From Nevskiaceae bacterium (GTDB lineage: Bacteria > Pseudomonadota > Gammaproteobacteria > Nevskiales > Nevskiaceae): DNA of 47,079 nucleotides. Of this stretch, positions 1-7,847 are shown piece by piece (position 1 is the stretch's first letter; each line of letters starts with the position of its first letter). The translations under genes were made by a program, and so were the position numbers. The notes beneath the pieces were generated by a model that saw only the letters and a list, made by a program, of their open reading frames with translations, was not told the DNA's origin and did not search any database. The stretch lies in NCBI GenBank assembly GCA_050740195.1, contig JBOICR010000189.1:1-47079 (forward strand), written 5' to 3'.

Positions 1-1438
1 ACCCCGCCCCGTCCAACCAGCGTAATAGAAATGCCGTGTCGGCCATCCCCTGCCACGGCCGCGGCGCCAGCATGAGCGGCGGACCGTTGGCGGCGGGATC
101 GTGCGGCCCGACCAAGAGCGCATCGAAATGGGTTTGAACGCGCTCCCGGCGCCGTGCGAGCGCCGCATGAAAGCTCGGCCAATCGCTAAATCCCATTCCC
201 AAGGCCACCCGCTGCCGGGTTATCTCCCCTCTCGGCAAGACATGAGTCTGCTGGTCCTCGACTTGCTGCAAGCGATGTTCCGTCTGGCGCAAAAACTGGT
301 AAGCTGCGGTCAATTCGGCGACGGCGGGCGCGGGCAGATAGTTCAGGTTCCCGAGTGATTCGAGAACGGCCAGAATGCGGCGCTCGCGCAGCGCCGGCCG
401 GCGTCCGCCGCGGATCAATTGAAAGGTTTGCCCGATGAACTCGATCTCGCGGATCCCGCCGCGCCCGAGTTTGATATTGTCCGCAAGCCCCCTGCGCGTC
501 ACCTCATTATCGATTAATAGTTTCATGTCGCGCAGGGCCTCGATCGCGCCGAAATCGAGATAGCGGCGATAGACAAACGGTTGCAGCCGCTCCAGCAAAC
601 CCTCGCCGCGCGCCTTATCCCCCGCGGCGATGCGGGCCTTGATCATGGCGTAGCGCTCCCAGTCGCGCGCATGAGTCACGTAGTACGCCTCCATGGCGTC
701 GAAGTTCAACACCAGCGGCCCGCTGTCGCCGAAGGGCCGCAGGCGCATGTCCGCACGGAACACGAATCCATCCTCGGTAACTTCCGAAAACACCTTGATC
801 AAGGCTTGGCCCAGGCGGCTGAAAAATTCCTGGTTGGATATCGAGCGTGCTCCGCCATGCGACTCCCCGGCGCGCGGATAAGCAAGGATGAGATCGATGT
901 CCGAAGAAAAATTGAGCTCATGGGCGCCGAGCTTGCCCATCGCGATCACGACCAGCGACTGGGCCGTCCCATCGCTATCCCGCGGGATCCCAAAGGTCTC
1001 CGCTTGCCTGCGGTAAAGCCAGCCGAGCGCGCCGTCGAGTGCGGCATCGGCAAAGCGCGAGAGATCTCCCATCGTTTCATCCAGATCCGCGCTTGCGGTA
1101 ATATCGCGCCAGGCGATGCGCACGAATTCGCGGTAACGCGCCTGGCGAAGAGCGCGCATGAGCGCCGCCTGGTCCGGCGCGCCGGCGACGGCACGCGTGA
1201 TCCGTTCGGGATATTCTTGTTCGCCGAAACCGCGGTCGAGATCGCCGCTCTCGAGAAGCTGCGTGAGGCGTCTGGGATCCTTCGCGAAATAGTGGGCGGC
1301 GAACGGACTGCACGCGCACACTCGGATGAGGTTGTGCCGGTGTGCCTCCTCAAGTACGGTGCCTGGCGAATGGGCGCTGATTGCCGCGGACAATTGCCGC
1401 CAATGCCGCTCCGCTTCAGCCAGCAATTCCGGCGTCAA
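1..1438 (-). CDS. glnE: glutamine synthetase adenylyltransferase/adenylyl-removing enzyme GlnE, N-terminal ~479 codons (3' end beyond window start)
   Basis: The minus-strand frame is open to position 1. It is absent from the ORF track because it has no stop inside the window. Translation reads ...[108 protein letters not shown]... This is collinear with the GlnE nucleotidyltransferase core (E. coli [41 protein letters not shown]). There is an in-frame TAG at 1481-1483 and no ATG after it. TTG at 1438 gives [13 protein letters not shown].., aligning with the E. coli N-terminus, so the start is uncertain. Confidence 0.8.
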   Translation of the reverse strand, partial: [479 protein letters not shown]

Positions 1439-1678
1439 GACGGCGGGGCGTGAGAGAGCGCGATCGTTCGCGCTTTGTGGCTACCATGTCGGCGGGTGTC
1501 CGGTCGAGCTGCTTACCGTTGAAACGCATGAGCGCGCGCGGTGATTTGCCGAGAGCGACGGGTTTCGCTTCCACGACGCGCTGATCGTTGCCGCGGTCTT
1601 GCTTGCTGGTTGCCTTCCTCGATCGTCCACACCGCGGTGAACAGCTTCCGCTTGTGTGCGACCTGTTTGCGGAGTGGC

Positions 1679-1753
1679 GGTGATGTCCATCCGGTCCTTG
1701 ATGAGGTGACGGCAGGCACCTTCGATGACACCGGTGGCAATTTTATGCCAACT
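1679..1753 (-). pseudogene. transposase C-terminal relic (ISKra4-like motif), no intact ORF
   Basis: The minus-strand peptide SWHKIATGVIEGACRHLIKDRMDIT resembles the conserved GxGV(I/V)E(G/A)AC(R/K)xL(I/V)KxRM block near the C-terminus of ISKra4-type transposases (recalled from memory, not searched). The upstream part of the 120-aa track ORF (1481-1843) runs through the tRNA fragment and cannot be genuine. Similarity is lost downstream. Confidence 0.3.
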
Positions 1754-1772
1754 TGCAAGTGATTGATTTCTA

Positions 1773-1820
1773 GGAAGGCTGGGGTCGGAATCGAACCGGC
1801 GTACACGGCTTTGCAGGCCG
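1773..1820 (-). pseudogene. truncated tRNA-Cys(GCA) 3' half (about positions 28-73), att-site-like remnant
   Basis: The reverse complement is CGGC-CTGCAAA-GCCG-TGTAC-GCCGG-TTCGATT-CCGAC-CCCAGCC-T. These segments are the anticodon stem/loop with GCA, the variable loop, the T arm (one C.A mismatch), the 3' acceptor strand and a U discriminator, which is typical of tRNA-Cys. No complementary 5' acceptor strand (GGCTGGG) or D arm lies upstream; the sequence becomes AT-rich (cattatgaattattatg). No encoded CCA. Confidence 0.6.
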
Positions 1821-2338
1821 ATAAGAAACACATAATAATTCATAATGTTACGTCACTTCTATTGTCGCCATTCAGCCGTTTTGGGCCTCTTAAGTCCTTA
1901 TTTTATCAGCGTTCCGAAAGTGCGTGGCGACAAACATTTTGCCTCGAAACGACTTTAACTTTCAAAAAAAGGCGATAGGGGCATACTATAACAGTCGGTC
2001 CACCAGCAGGTGGTCCCTTCGAGCGTTTCGGCGATCGCGCGGAGGTCGAACGGCGGTTCTTTCCATTATTGCTCATGTGCCTCCTTTCTTCGCGCGTGGA
2101 ATCTCCAGGGTGCGCAGCGGGCGGCCGAGCTTTGGCTGGCGCGACGGCGGCCCCCCGCGGGGATCACCCAGTCCTGCGCAATTTATCACCATAGCGTAGC
2201 GGCCACCGGGGAGTAGATCCTGCTCGATGATACGCGTCCACGGTTTGGGCGCCCACCAGTGCTCAAGTCGCTCGGTCCTACGGTTGTGGGTAGCGCGTCG
2301 ATGCAGCGCTCGGCCGCGAGTTCATAGGGGGTGCCTGG

Positions 2339-2918
2339 TCATGTCCCGGTACCTTCCGCCGCCCACTCGAGCGCGGCGATATCGAGCTTTTTCATCCCCA
2401 GTATAGCCTGCATCGGACGCTCGGCGCGCGCCGGGTCGGGATCGGCGAGGAGGCGCGGGACGGCGAACGAACTCTCGGCATCCGCCCGCGCGGATTGAAG
2501 CTGTTCGTAGGGCGCGGTGACTGCACGCTTTGCCACAGTGGTCCCAACCTCAGCGATAGCGAGTTTCACGATCTCGGCATCGCCCTCGGCAGCAACCACC
2601 GTGTCGATCCTGGCCGGCATCGCGGTATCGGTTTGGGATCAGGCCCTTTGGAAAATGTGGCCGACGGAAGGTAAAGCCGATGGCAGTCATCGGCGGATCG
2701 CGAACGTGTGGCAACGTAATCGGCTATAAAGCCTCGTGGCGGCGCAGCGGAAGGTGAAGGTACAGGCGTGGCTTAACCCGAAGGCGGGGGATGCGCCGGT
2801 GGAGATGGCAATTAACGATGAGAGGCCAGAGAGGTGATCTCGGATGTGCCAAGGCGGCATTTGTGAGAAGGTCTTGGTAAATGCCCTCACCGTCCAGCGA
2901 CGCCCGAAGCCCTTCCAC
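2339..2918 (-). pseudogene. decayed VOC / PhnB-like (glyoxalase-fold) gene, split over several frames
   Basis: The C-terminal piece ..SSFAVPRLLADPDPARAERPMQAILGMKKLDIAALEWAAEG (ORF 2339-2620) matches the conserved tail (WQ(I/V)VP..L..(M/L)L.DPDP..A.R.M.AM..M(K/R)K(L/I)DIAAL) of this family as I recall it. Upstream frames give LIAISTGASPAFGLSHACTFTFRC (compare F.ALNGGP.F.F.EA.SF.V.C). No single frame is continuous. Confidence 0.3.
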
Positions 2919-3042
2919 TATTCAAATGAATGTTGTCAGTGAACTATTTCACAGATCGTCTGTAAAATAGTTGGCAGAACTGTCGTATAGCCTGAGGTAA
3001 CATCCACGAACACTGTCGAAATTCCTCTACATCAGGAGAACG

Positions 3043-3645
3043 ATGATGTCCACTAGACAGTTGGGTTTAAGCATCGGTTTAGCGTTAGCGTTCACCGCGG
3101 GAGTGTCGGGGGCGCAAGAGCTTTATTGGACACCCTGGGTTTCGGAAGAGAACGAGAGCCCCCCTACCATCTGCCAGGCACGGAACGAGGGGGCCGTCGG
3201 GTTCGGTTGGCCCGGTAGGTACTGTGACAATGTGCGACTTCTGTGCGAGACAATGCCCTACGGCATTGAGGTCGAGCAGTCGACAGACTATTGGTCGAAC
3301 TACTTCTCGGAGGAAGACAGCGGGCTCGGGACCGTTACTTCGGAGGGCTGGTACCGCTACGACGGCGACAACTACGAAGTCTGCCATCGGACCAACACCG
3401 CTGGCGTGGTCACGGGAATCGCCTGCACGGGCCGGTACTGCGACAACATCTCGATCGAGTGCGGTCGACCAGTCAAGTACAAGGCCGGCGCTACGCATTC
3501 GGCGCGACTAACGAACTGTGGCTGGCCGGGGTGGTACTCCGAGGAGCAGGGATCGGGCGACCATTTCTTCCTAGATACAGCCGAACCACTGCTTCTGAAG
3601 ACAATTGCTCGGGAGCGGCAGCACTCTGTGCGGATGTTCGCGTGA
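3043..3645 (+). CDS. secreted Cys-rich repeat protein, unknown family
   Basis: AGGAG at 3034-3038 lies before ATG 3043. The N-terminus MMSTRQLGLSIGLALAFTAGVSGAQE looks like a signal peptide. Internal repeats: W..SEE three times (WVSEEN, YFSEED, WYSEEQ) and GxxxxGRYCDN(V/I)x(L/I)xC twice (GFGWPGRYCDNVRLLC, GIACTGRYCDNISIEC). Confidence 0.6.
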   Translation: MMSTRQLGLSIGLALAFTAGVSGAQELYWTPWVSEENESPPTICQARNEGAVGFGWPGRYCDNVRLLCETMPYGIEVEQSTDYWSNYFSEEDSGLGTVTSEGWYRYDGDNYEVCHRTNTAGVVTGIACTGRYCDNISIECGRPVKYKAGATHSARLTNCGWPGWYSEEQGSGDHFFLDTAEPLLLKTIARERQHSVRMFA

Positions 3646-3650
3646 AGAAC

Positions 3651-4478
3651 ATGCCGGTAAACTCACCGCGTCCTTGGTGGAACCTTGCCCCAAAGACCCC
3701 AGTGCTGAGCAGCGACGAGGTGCATATCTGGTCTGCGAAATTAGACCAGACCGTGTCTCGCACGCATAATCTACAGCAGACCCTGGACGGAAACGAACGA
3801 GCAAGGGCCGAGCGCTTTTATTTCAGGAGAGACCGAAACCACTTTATCGTCGCGCGCGGGATTTTGCGGGTGATTCTCAGCCGCTATTTGAACAGCGACC
3901 CCGGCGATCTACGCTTTTGCTATAGCCCCTATGGAAAACCGATGCTAGCAAAGGAGTTTGACGGGGATCGGTTACGTTTCAACCTATCGCACTCCCACGG
4001 TCTAGTTCTCTATGCCATTACGCGTGGCCGGGAGATCGGTATCGACATAGAACGCATCCGTCCCGACCTAGCCTATGAACAGATCGCGGAGCGGTTTTTC
4101 TCTCCTCGGGAGGTGGCTGCGCTTCAAACCGTCCTCACGAGTCGCCAGCTAAAAGCGTTTTTTGACTGTTGGACCCGCAAGGAGGCGTACATCAAGGCTC
4201 GGGGCGAAGGACTTTCGCTTCCGCTGGACCGGTTTGACGTATCACTGGCCCCAGGGGAGCCAGCCACTTTATTGAGCACTGTTGGCGACCCACACGAAAC
4301 AAGCCGTTGGTCTTTACGGGAATTGGACTTGGCCCCTGGCTATGTGGCTGCTTTAGCTGTAGAAGGACATGACTGGCGACTAAAATGCTGGCAATGGGCG
4401 GAGGCGGATCCTGTAACACCAAACAGCGAACGACCGACAGAGCAAAATTCTCGGACCAACGCAGTCCCCCCGGTTTAA
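3651..4478 (+). CDS. Sfp-type 4'-phosphopantetheinyl transferase
   Basis: Motifs RFNLSHSHGLVLYAI, IGIDIERI and FFDCWTRKEAYIKARGEGL fit the FN(L/I)SHS, GxDxE and WxxKEAxxK motifs. The start is ATG 3651 (GTG 3642 is an alternative). The 395-aa track ORF from 3291 is an open-frame extension across the preceding gene. The last ~25 aa (EADPVTPNSERPTEQNSRTNAVPPV) extend past the usual family end. Confidence 0.85.
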   Translation: MPVNSPRPWWNLAPKTPVLSSDEVHIWSAKLDQTVSRTHNLQQTLDGNERARAERFYFRRDRNHFIVARGILRVILSRYLNSDPGDLRFCYSPYGKPMLAKEFDGDRLRFNLSHSHGLVLYAITRGREIGIDIERIRPDLAYEQIAERFFSPREVAALQTVLTSRQLKAFFDCWTRKEAYIKARGEGLSLPLDRFDVSLAPGEPATLLSTVGDPHETSRWSLRELDLAPGYVAALAVEGHDWRLKCWQWAEADPVTPNSERPTEQNSRTNAVPPV

Positions 4479-4482
4479 GCCA

Positions 4483-4596
4483 GAGTCGTTCCATACCGCA
4501 GCAGAAGCGTTGCAGCAACCGGATATTGCCGGTGATGCCGTAGTAGGCATAATGATCGCGTAGCTTCCGCTCCAGGTCGGCGCGCTGCTCGCACAC
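4483..4596 (-). pseudogene. reverse-transcriptase (group II intron-like) C-terminal fragment
   Basis: The peptide QRADLERKLRDHYAYYGITGNIRLLQRFCCGMERLW resembles the (K/R)LRGHY(A/G)YYG(I/V)(T/P)GN.R.L..F....R.W block of bacterial group II intron-like RTs (from memory). Only ~38 codons are recognisable, and there is no RT palm domain upstream. Confidence 0.4.
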
Positions 4597-4611
4597 CGGC
4601 AGGTGGTGGAA

Positions 4612-4801
4612 ATGAGAAAGTTACGTGAGATCCTCGGGCTCAAATATGAGGCCAAGCTTCCGCACCGGTGATTGGCCGGGCGTGCGGCATTGGGGCGGGG
4701 ACTGTCTCGACCCTAGCTAACGCGGAGCGGTGCGCGCCGCGCTGCCGGGACTCCCGCAGGAGCACGGCGGGCGGGGAGTACGCGGCCGGTGCTTCCCCCA
4801 G
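4612..4801 (+). mobile_element. IS21-family istA 5' relic, at least two frameshifts
   Basis: Three consecutive pieces lie in three frames: MRKLREILGLKYEAKLPHR* (4612-4671), VIGRACGIGAGTVSTLANAE, and RAALPGLPQEHGGRGVRGRCFPQ (to 4801). They are collinear with the IS21-family IstA N-terminus as I recall it (MRKIREVLRL..E.GLS.R.IAR.CG.S..TV..YL.RA..AGLSWPLP......LE.RLFP). It lies antisense to the 3' tail of the RND gene. Confidence 0.45.
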
Positions 4802-7800
4802 CACTGGCACGCGACCGGCGGAAGCGCGCCGGCGGCGGGCGATCCATTCCTCGAAGTCGCGCACGTAGCTGAAGAGCACGGGCATGAAAACAAGGCTCAG
4901 CACGGTGGACGAAATCAATCCGCCGATCACGGCGAGGGCCATGGGCGCGCGGAAAGCGGGGTCGAGGCCGAGGCTCATCGCGGTCGGCAGCATGCCCGCA
5001 GCCATCGCGAACGAGGTCATCACGATTGGGCGTGCACGTACCCGGCAGGCGAGCAGAATCGCCTCGTTGCGCGGCACGCCCTCGCGCATCCGTTCCAGGA
5101 TGTAGTCCACGATCAGGATCGAGTTCTTGTCCGCGATGCCCATCAGCATGAGGATGCCGATCATGGCGGGCAGCCCCAACTCGCTGTGCGTGAGGAACAG
5201 CAGCGCAAAGGCGCCGCCGATGGAGAGCGGCAGCGCTGCCATGCGCGTGAGCGGCTGCAGCCAGTCCTTGTACAGCAGCACCTGGATCGCATAGACCAGC
5301 AGCAGGCCAGCGCCCAGTGCCTTGAGGAAGTTCGCCATCAGCTCGGCCATGAACTCGGCGTCTTCCGTGTTCAACACCTGCACGGTCTTCGGCAGGCCTT
5401 GCATGGAAGGCAGGGCGTAGATCTGCTCGAGTGCGGTGCCGAGCGCGATCCCGTTCAAGTTAGCCTCGAGCTTGATGCGCCGCTGCCGGTCGTAGCGCTC
5501 GATCGTCGTCGGGCCCATGCCGAAATGGATCGTCGCGACGGCCGACAGGGACACGCTGGTGCCGGCCGGCGTCGGCAGCTTCAAGTTCTCGAGCACTCCC
5601 AGGTCGCGCCCAACCGGCGGCAGGCGCACGCGGATCGGGATCTGCCGATTGCGGTCGTTGAACTGTGCCAGGCGCGCGTCGTTGTCGCCGACGGTGGAGA
5701 TGTTCACGGCATTGCCAATCTGCTGGGCGGTAATACCGAGCCGCGCGGCCTTGACCGAATCCACCGCCAGCGTGATCTCGGGCTGCTTTTGGCCCGCGCT
5801 CGTGCCGACGCTGCTCAGGCCCGCGAGGCCGCGCATCTCGCGCTCGATCGCCTCGGCGCTGCGCGTCAGCGCCTCGGTGTCCTCGCTGACCAGCGCGATG
5901 GAGATGTCTTTTTCTCCCACCGCGTTGTCGAAGGTGATGCGCACATCCGGCAAGGCCGCGAGCGTGGGTAGCATCGTGTTGCCGAATTGGCGTTCATCGA
6001 GATGCCGCTGTTTCGGCGGCACCAGCGTCGCCAGCACGCGCGAGCGGTTGACGCCGCCGCTGACCTGGCCCGTCGTCGTCAGCACGTTGCTGACCTCGGG
6101 GCGCGCTTTGAGCAGTGCCGCGACCTGCTGGGCCTTCACATCCGTCTCCTCCAGCGTGCTGCCCTGCGGCAGCTCCAGCGTGAGGCTCGACAGCGAGAAG
6201 TCCTGGTAGGGCATGAAGCCGCTGGGCAGCAGGGGAACGAGCGCGAAGGACAGCACCACCGTCGCGGCGGCGATCGCCAGCGTCTTGCCCCGATGCCGCA
6301 GCGTCCAATCCACCAGGCGCTGATAGCGTTGCATCCAGCGACCATCGCGCTCGGCCGTCGGCGGCACGGGTCGTAGCAGCTTGGCAGCGAGCATTGGCGT
6401 CAGCAGCCGCGCGACAAGCAGCGAGAAGAAGGCCGCGATGGCCACCGTGAGGCCAAATTGGCGGAAGTACAGCCCCGGCACGCCACCCATCAAGCTCACC
6501 GGGACGAAGACGGCGCAGATCACCAGCGTGGTGGCGATAACGGCCAGGCCGATCTCCTCGGCCGCGTGGATCGCCGCCTCGAACGGGCCCTTGCCGGCAC
6601 GCATGTGGCGATGGATGTTCTCGATCTCAACAATGGCGTCGTCGACTAAGGCGCCAGTAACCAGGGAAATGGCGATGACGCTGACGAAGTTCAGCGTGAA
6701 GCCCAGCCACTGCATGCACATAAAGGTCGGGATGACCGACAGCGGGATGCTCAGGGCTGTGATCAAGGTGGCACGCCAGTCGCGCAGGAAGCCGAATACG
6801 ACCACCAACGTGAGCAGCGCCGCCTCGAACAGCGTGTACAAGGTGGACTTGTAGCCGGTTTCGGTGAGCGTCACCAACGAGAACACCCGGCGGAACTCGA
6901 GATCGCCGCGTTGCTTCGCGATTTCCGCCAGGCGCGCCTGCACTTTCCGCCCGACGGTGACCTCGCTCGCCGCCCGAGTGCGGAAAATGGAAAAAGTGAT
7001 CGCCGGCCGGCCGTCGAGCCGCGTGATCGTGCGTGTCTCGCCGGCGCCGCTCTCGACCGTACCGAGGTCGCTCAGCTTCACTTCGCGGCCGCTAGGCAGC
7101 GCGATGCGCATGTCGCGTAGCTGTTCCAGCGTCGCCGCGCTGCCAACGGTGCGCAGCGCGTACTCGGTGCCTTCCAGCGTCAGGCGGCCGCCCGGGACGT
7201 CGGCGTTCGTTTGCGCTAGCTGGCGGGTTATGTCCGCGGCGGTAATGCCGAGCGCGGCCAGCCGGGCCGCATCTACCGATATCGTGAGCTCGAGGTCGGC
7301 ACCGCCGCTGCGCGCCACGCGCGCGACGCCGCCGATCGCGAGCAGCTCGCGGCTAAGCGTGTCGTCGATGAACCAACTCAACTCCTCCGCGCGCATCTCC
7401 GGCGCCTCGACGCTGTAGATCAGGATCGCCTCGCCGGCCTCCGTCTGGCGCTGGACCAGCGGTTCTTCCACCGCCGCCGGCAAACGGCTGCGGACGGTCG
7501 CGACCGCATTGCGCGCGTCGTTCACGGCACGGTCGATGTCGGTCTCCAGCGTGAACTCGACCGTCGTGAGCGACACGCCTTCCGACACCGTCGAGGTGAT
7601 GTGCCGCACGCCCTGCATCGCCGCCAGCGCCCCTTCGATCTTGCGCGTGATCTGTGTTTCGATCTCGGACGGCAAGGCCCCGGGCTGGTCCAGCTGCACG
7701 GTCACCACCGGCACGAGGACGTTCGGCATGTTGGTGATCGGCAGCTCCGCGTAGGCGATCAGCCCGGCGACGGTGAGCAGCAGGAACAGCACGATGGGCG

Positions 7801-7843
7801 GGATCGGATTGTGGACGGCCCAGGTCGAAACGCTGTACGCCAT
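4640..7843 (-). CDS. RND efflux transporter, inner-membrane permease subunit (HAE1/AcrB-MdtB-like)
   Basis: 1067 aa. The N-terminus MAYSVSTWAVHNPIPPIVLFLLLTVAGLIAYAELPITNMPNV..VTVQLDQPGALPSEIETQITRKIE is typical of RND pumps. Hydrophobic blocks alternate with two large soluble loops. It starts 4 nt after the adaptor gene stop. The last ~61 codons (4640-4824) look non-native (see findings). Confidence 0.9.
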   Translation of the reverse strand: MAYSVSTWAVHNPIPPIVLFLLLTVAGLIAYAELPITNMPNVLVPVVTVQLDQPGALPSEIETQITRKIEGALAAMQGVRHITSTVSEGVSLTTVEFTLETDIDRAVNDARNAVATVRSRLPAAVEEPLVQRQTEAGEAILIYSVEAPEMRAEELSWFIDDTLSRELLAIGGVARVARSGGADLELTISVDAARLAALGITAADITRQLAQTNADVPGGRLTLEGTEYALRTVGSAATLEQLRDMRIALPSGREVKLSDLGTVESGAGETRTITRLDGRPAITFSIFRTRAASEVTVGRKVQARLAEIAKQRGDLEFRRVFSLVTLTETGYKSTLYTLFEAALLTLVVVFGFLRDWRATLITALSIPLSVIPTFMCMQWLGFTLNFVSVIAISLVTGALVDDAIVEIENIHRHMRAGKGPFEAAIHAAEEIGLAVIATTLVICAVFVPVSLMGGVPGLYFRQFGLTVAIAAFFSLLVARLLTPMLAAKLLRPVPPTAERDGRWMQRYQRLVDWTLRHRGKTLAIAAATVVLSFALVPLLPSGFMPYQDFSLSSLTLELPQGSTLEETDVKAQQVAALLKARPEVSNVLTTTGQVSGGVNRSRVLATLVPPKQRHLDERQFGNTMLPTLAALPDVRITFDNAVGEKDISIALVSEDTEALTRSAEAIEREMRGLAGLSSVGTSAGQKQPEITLAVDSVKAARLGITAQQIGNAVNISTVGDNDARLAQFNDRNRQIPIRVRLPPVGRDLGVLENLKLPTPAGTSVSLSAVATIHFGMGPTTIERYDRQRRIKLEANLNGIALGTALEQIYALPSMQGLPKTVQVLNTEDAEFMAELMANFLKALGAGLLLVYAIQVLLYKDWLQPLTRMAALPLSIGGAFALLFLTHSELGLPAMIGILMLMGIADKNSILIVDYILERMREGVPRNEAILLACRVRARPIVMTSFAMAAGMLPTAMSLGLDPAFRAPMALAVIGGLISSTVLSLVFMPVLFSYVRDFEEWIARRRRASAGRVPVLGEAPAAYSPPAVLLRESRQRGAHRSALARVETVPAPMPHARPITGAEAWPHI

Positions 7844-7847
7844 GCCG

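Noticed and set aside
1481-1843. 120-aa minus ORF as an intact gene.
   Set aside because: Its N-terminal third is the antisense or through-reading of the tRNA fragment. Only ~25 residues resemble a transposase, and the rest has no similarity. I treated it as a relic.
1906-2076. 56-codon minus-strand ORF (MSNNGKNRRSTSARSPKRSKGPPAGG...) with a strong GAAAGGAGG Shine-Dalgarno sequence upstream of ATG 2076.
   Set aside because: It is a good RBS, but the peptide is short and low-complexity with no recognisable family, and it sits in a decay zone. It may be the orphaned 5' end of a lost gene. I cannot support it as a feature.
2968-2990. TGGCAGAACTGTCGTA upstream of the secreted-protein gene as a possible sigma-54 (-24/-12) promoter; also TTGTCA at about 2932 as a -35 box.
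   Set aside because: The -12 element lacks the conserved GC (TCGTA instead of TTGCA), and no convincing -10 lies at proper spacing from TTGTCA. I make no promoter call.
3291-3650. N-terminal 120 codons of the 395-aa track ORF 3291-4478.
   Set aside because: This part overlaps the secreted-protein gene in another frame and has no PPTase similarity. PPTase homology starts just after ATG 3651.
4826-4880. Extension of the IS21 relic further right (plus-frame PAAGDPFLEVAHVAEE compared with the IstA PDW..VH.EL region).
   Set aside because: This stretch is antisense to a perfectly normal RND C-terminal segment (FSYVRDFEEWIARRRR). The resemblance is weak and probably fortuitous.
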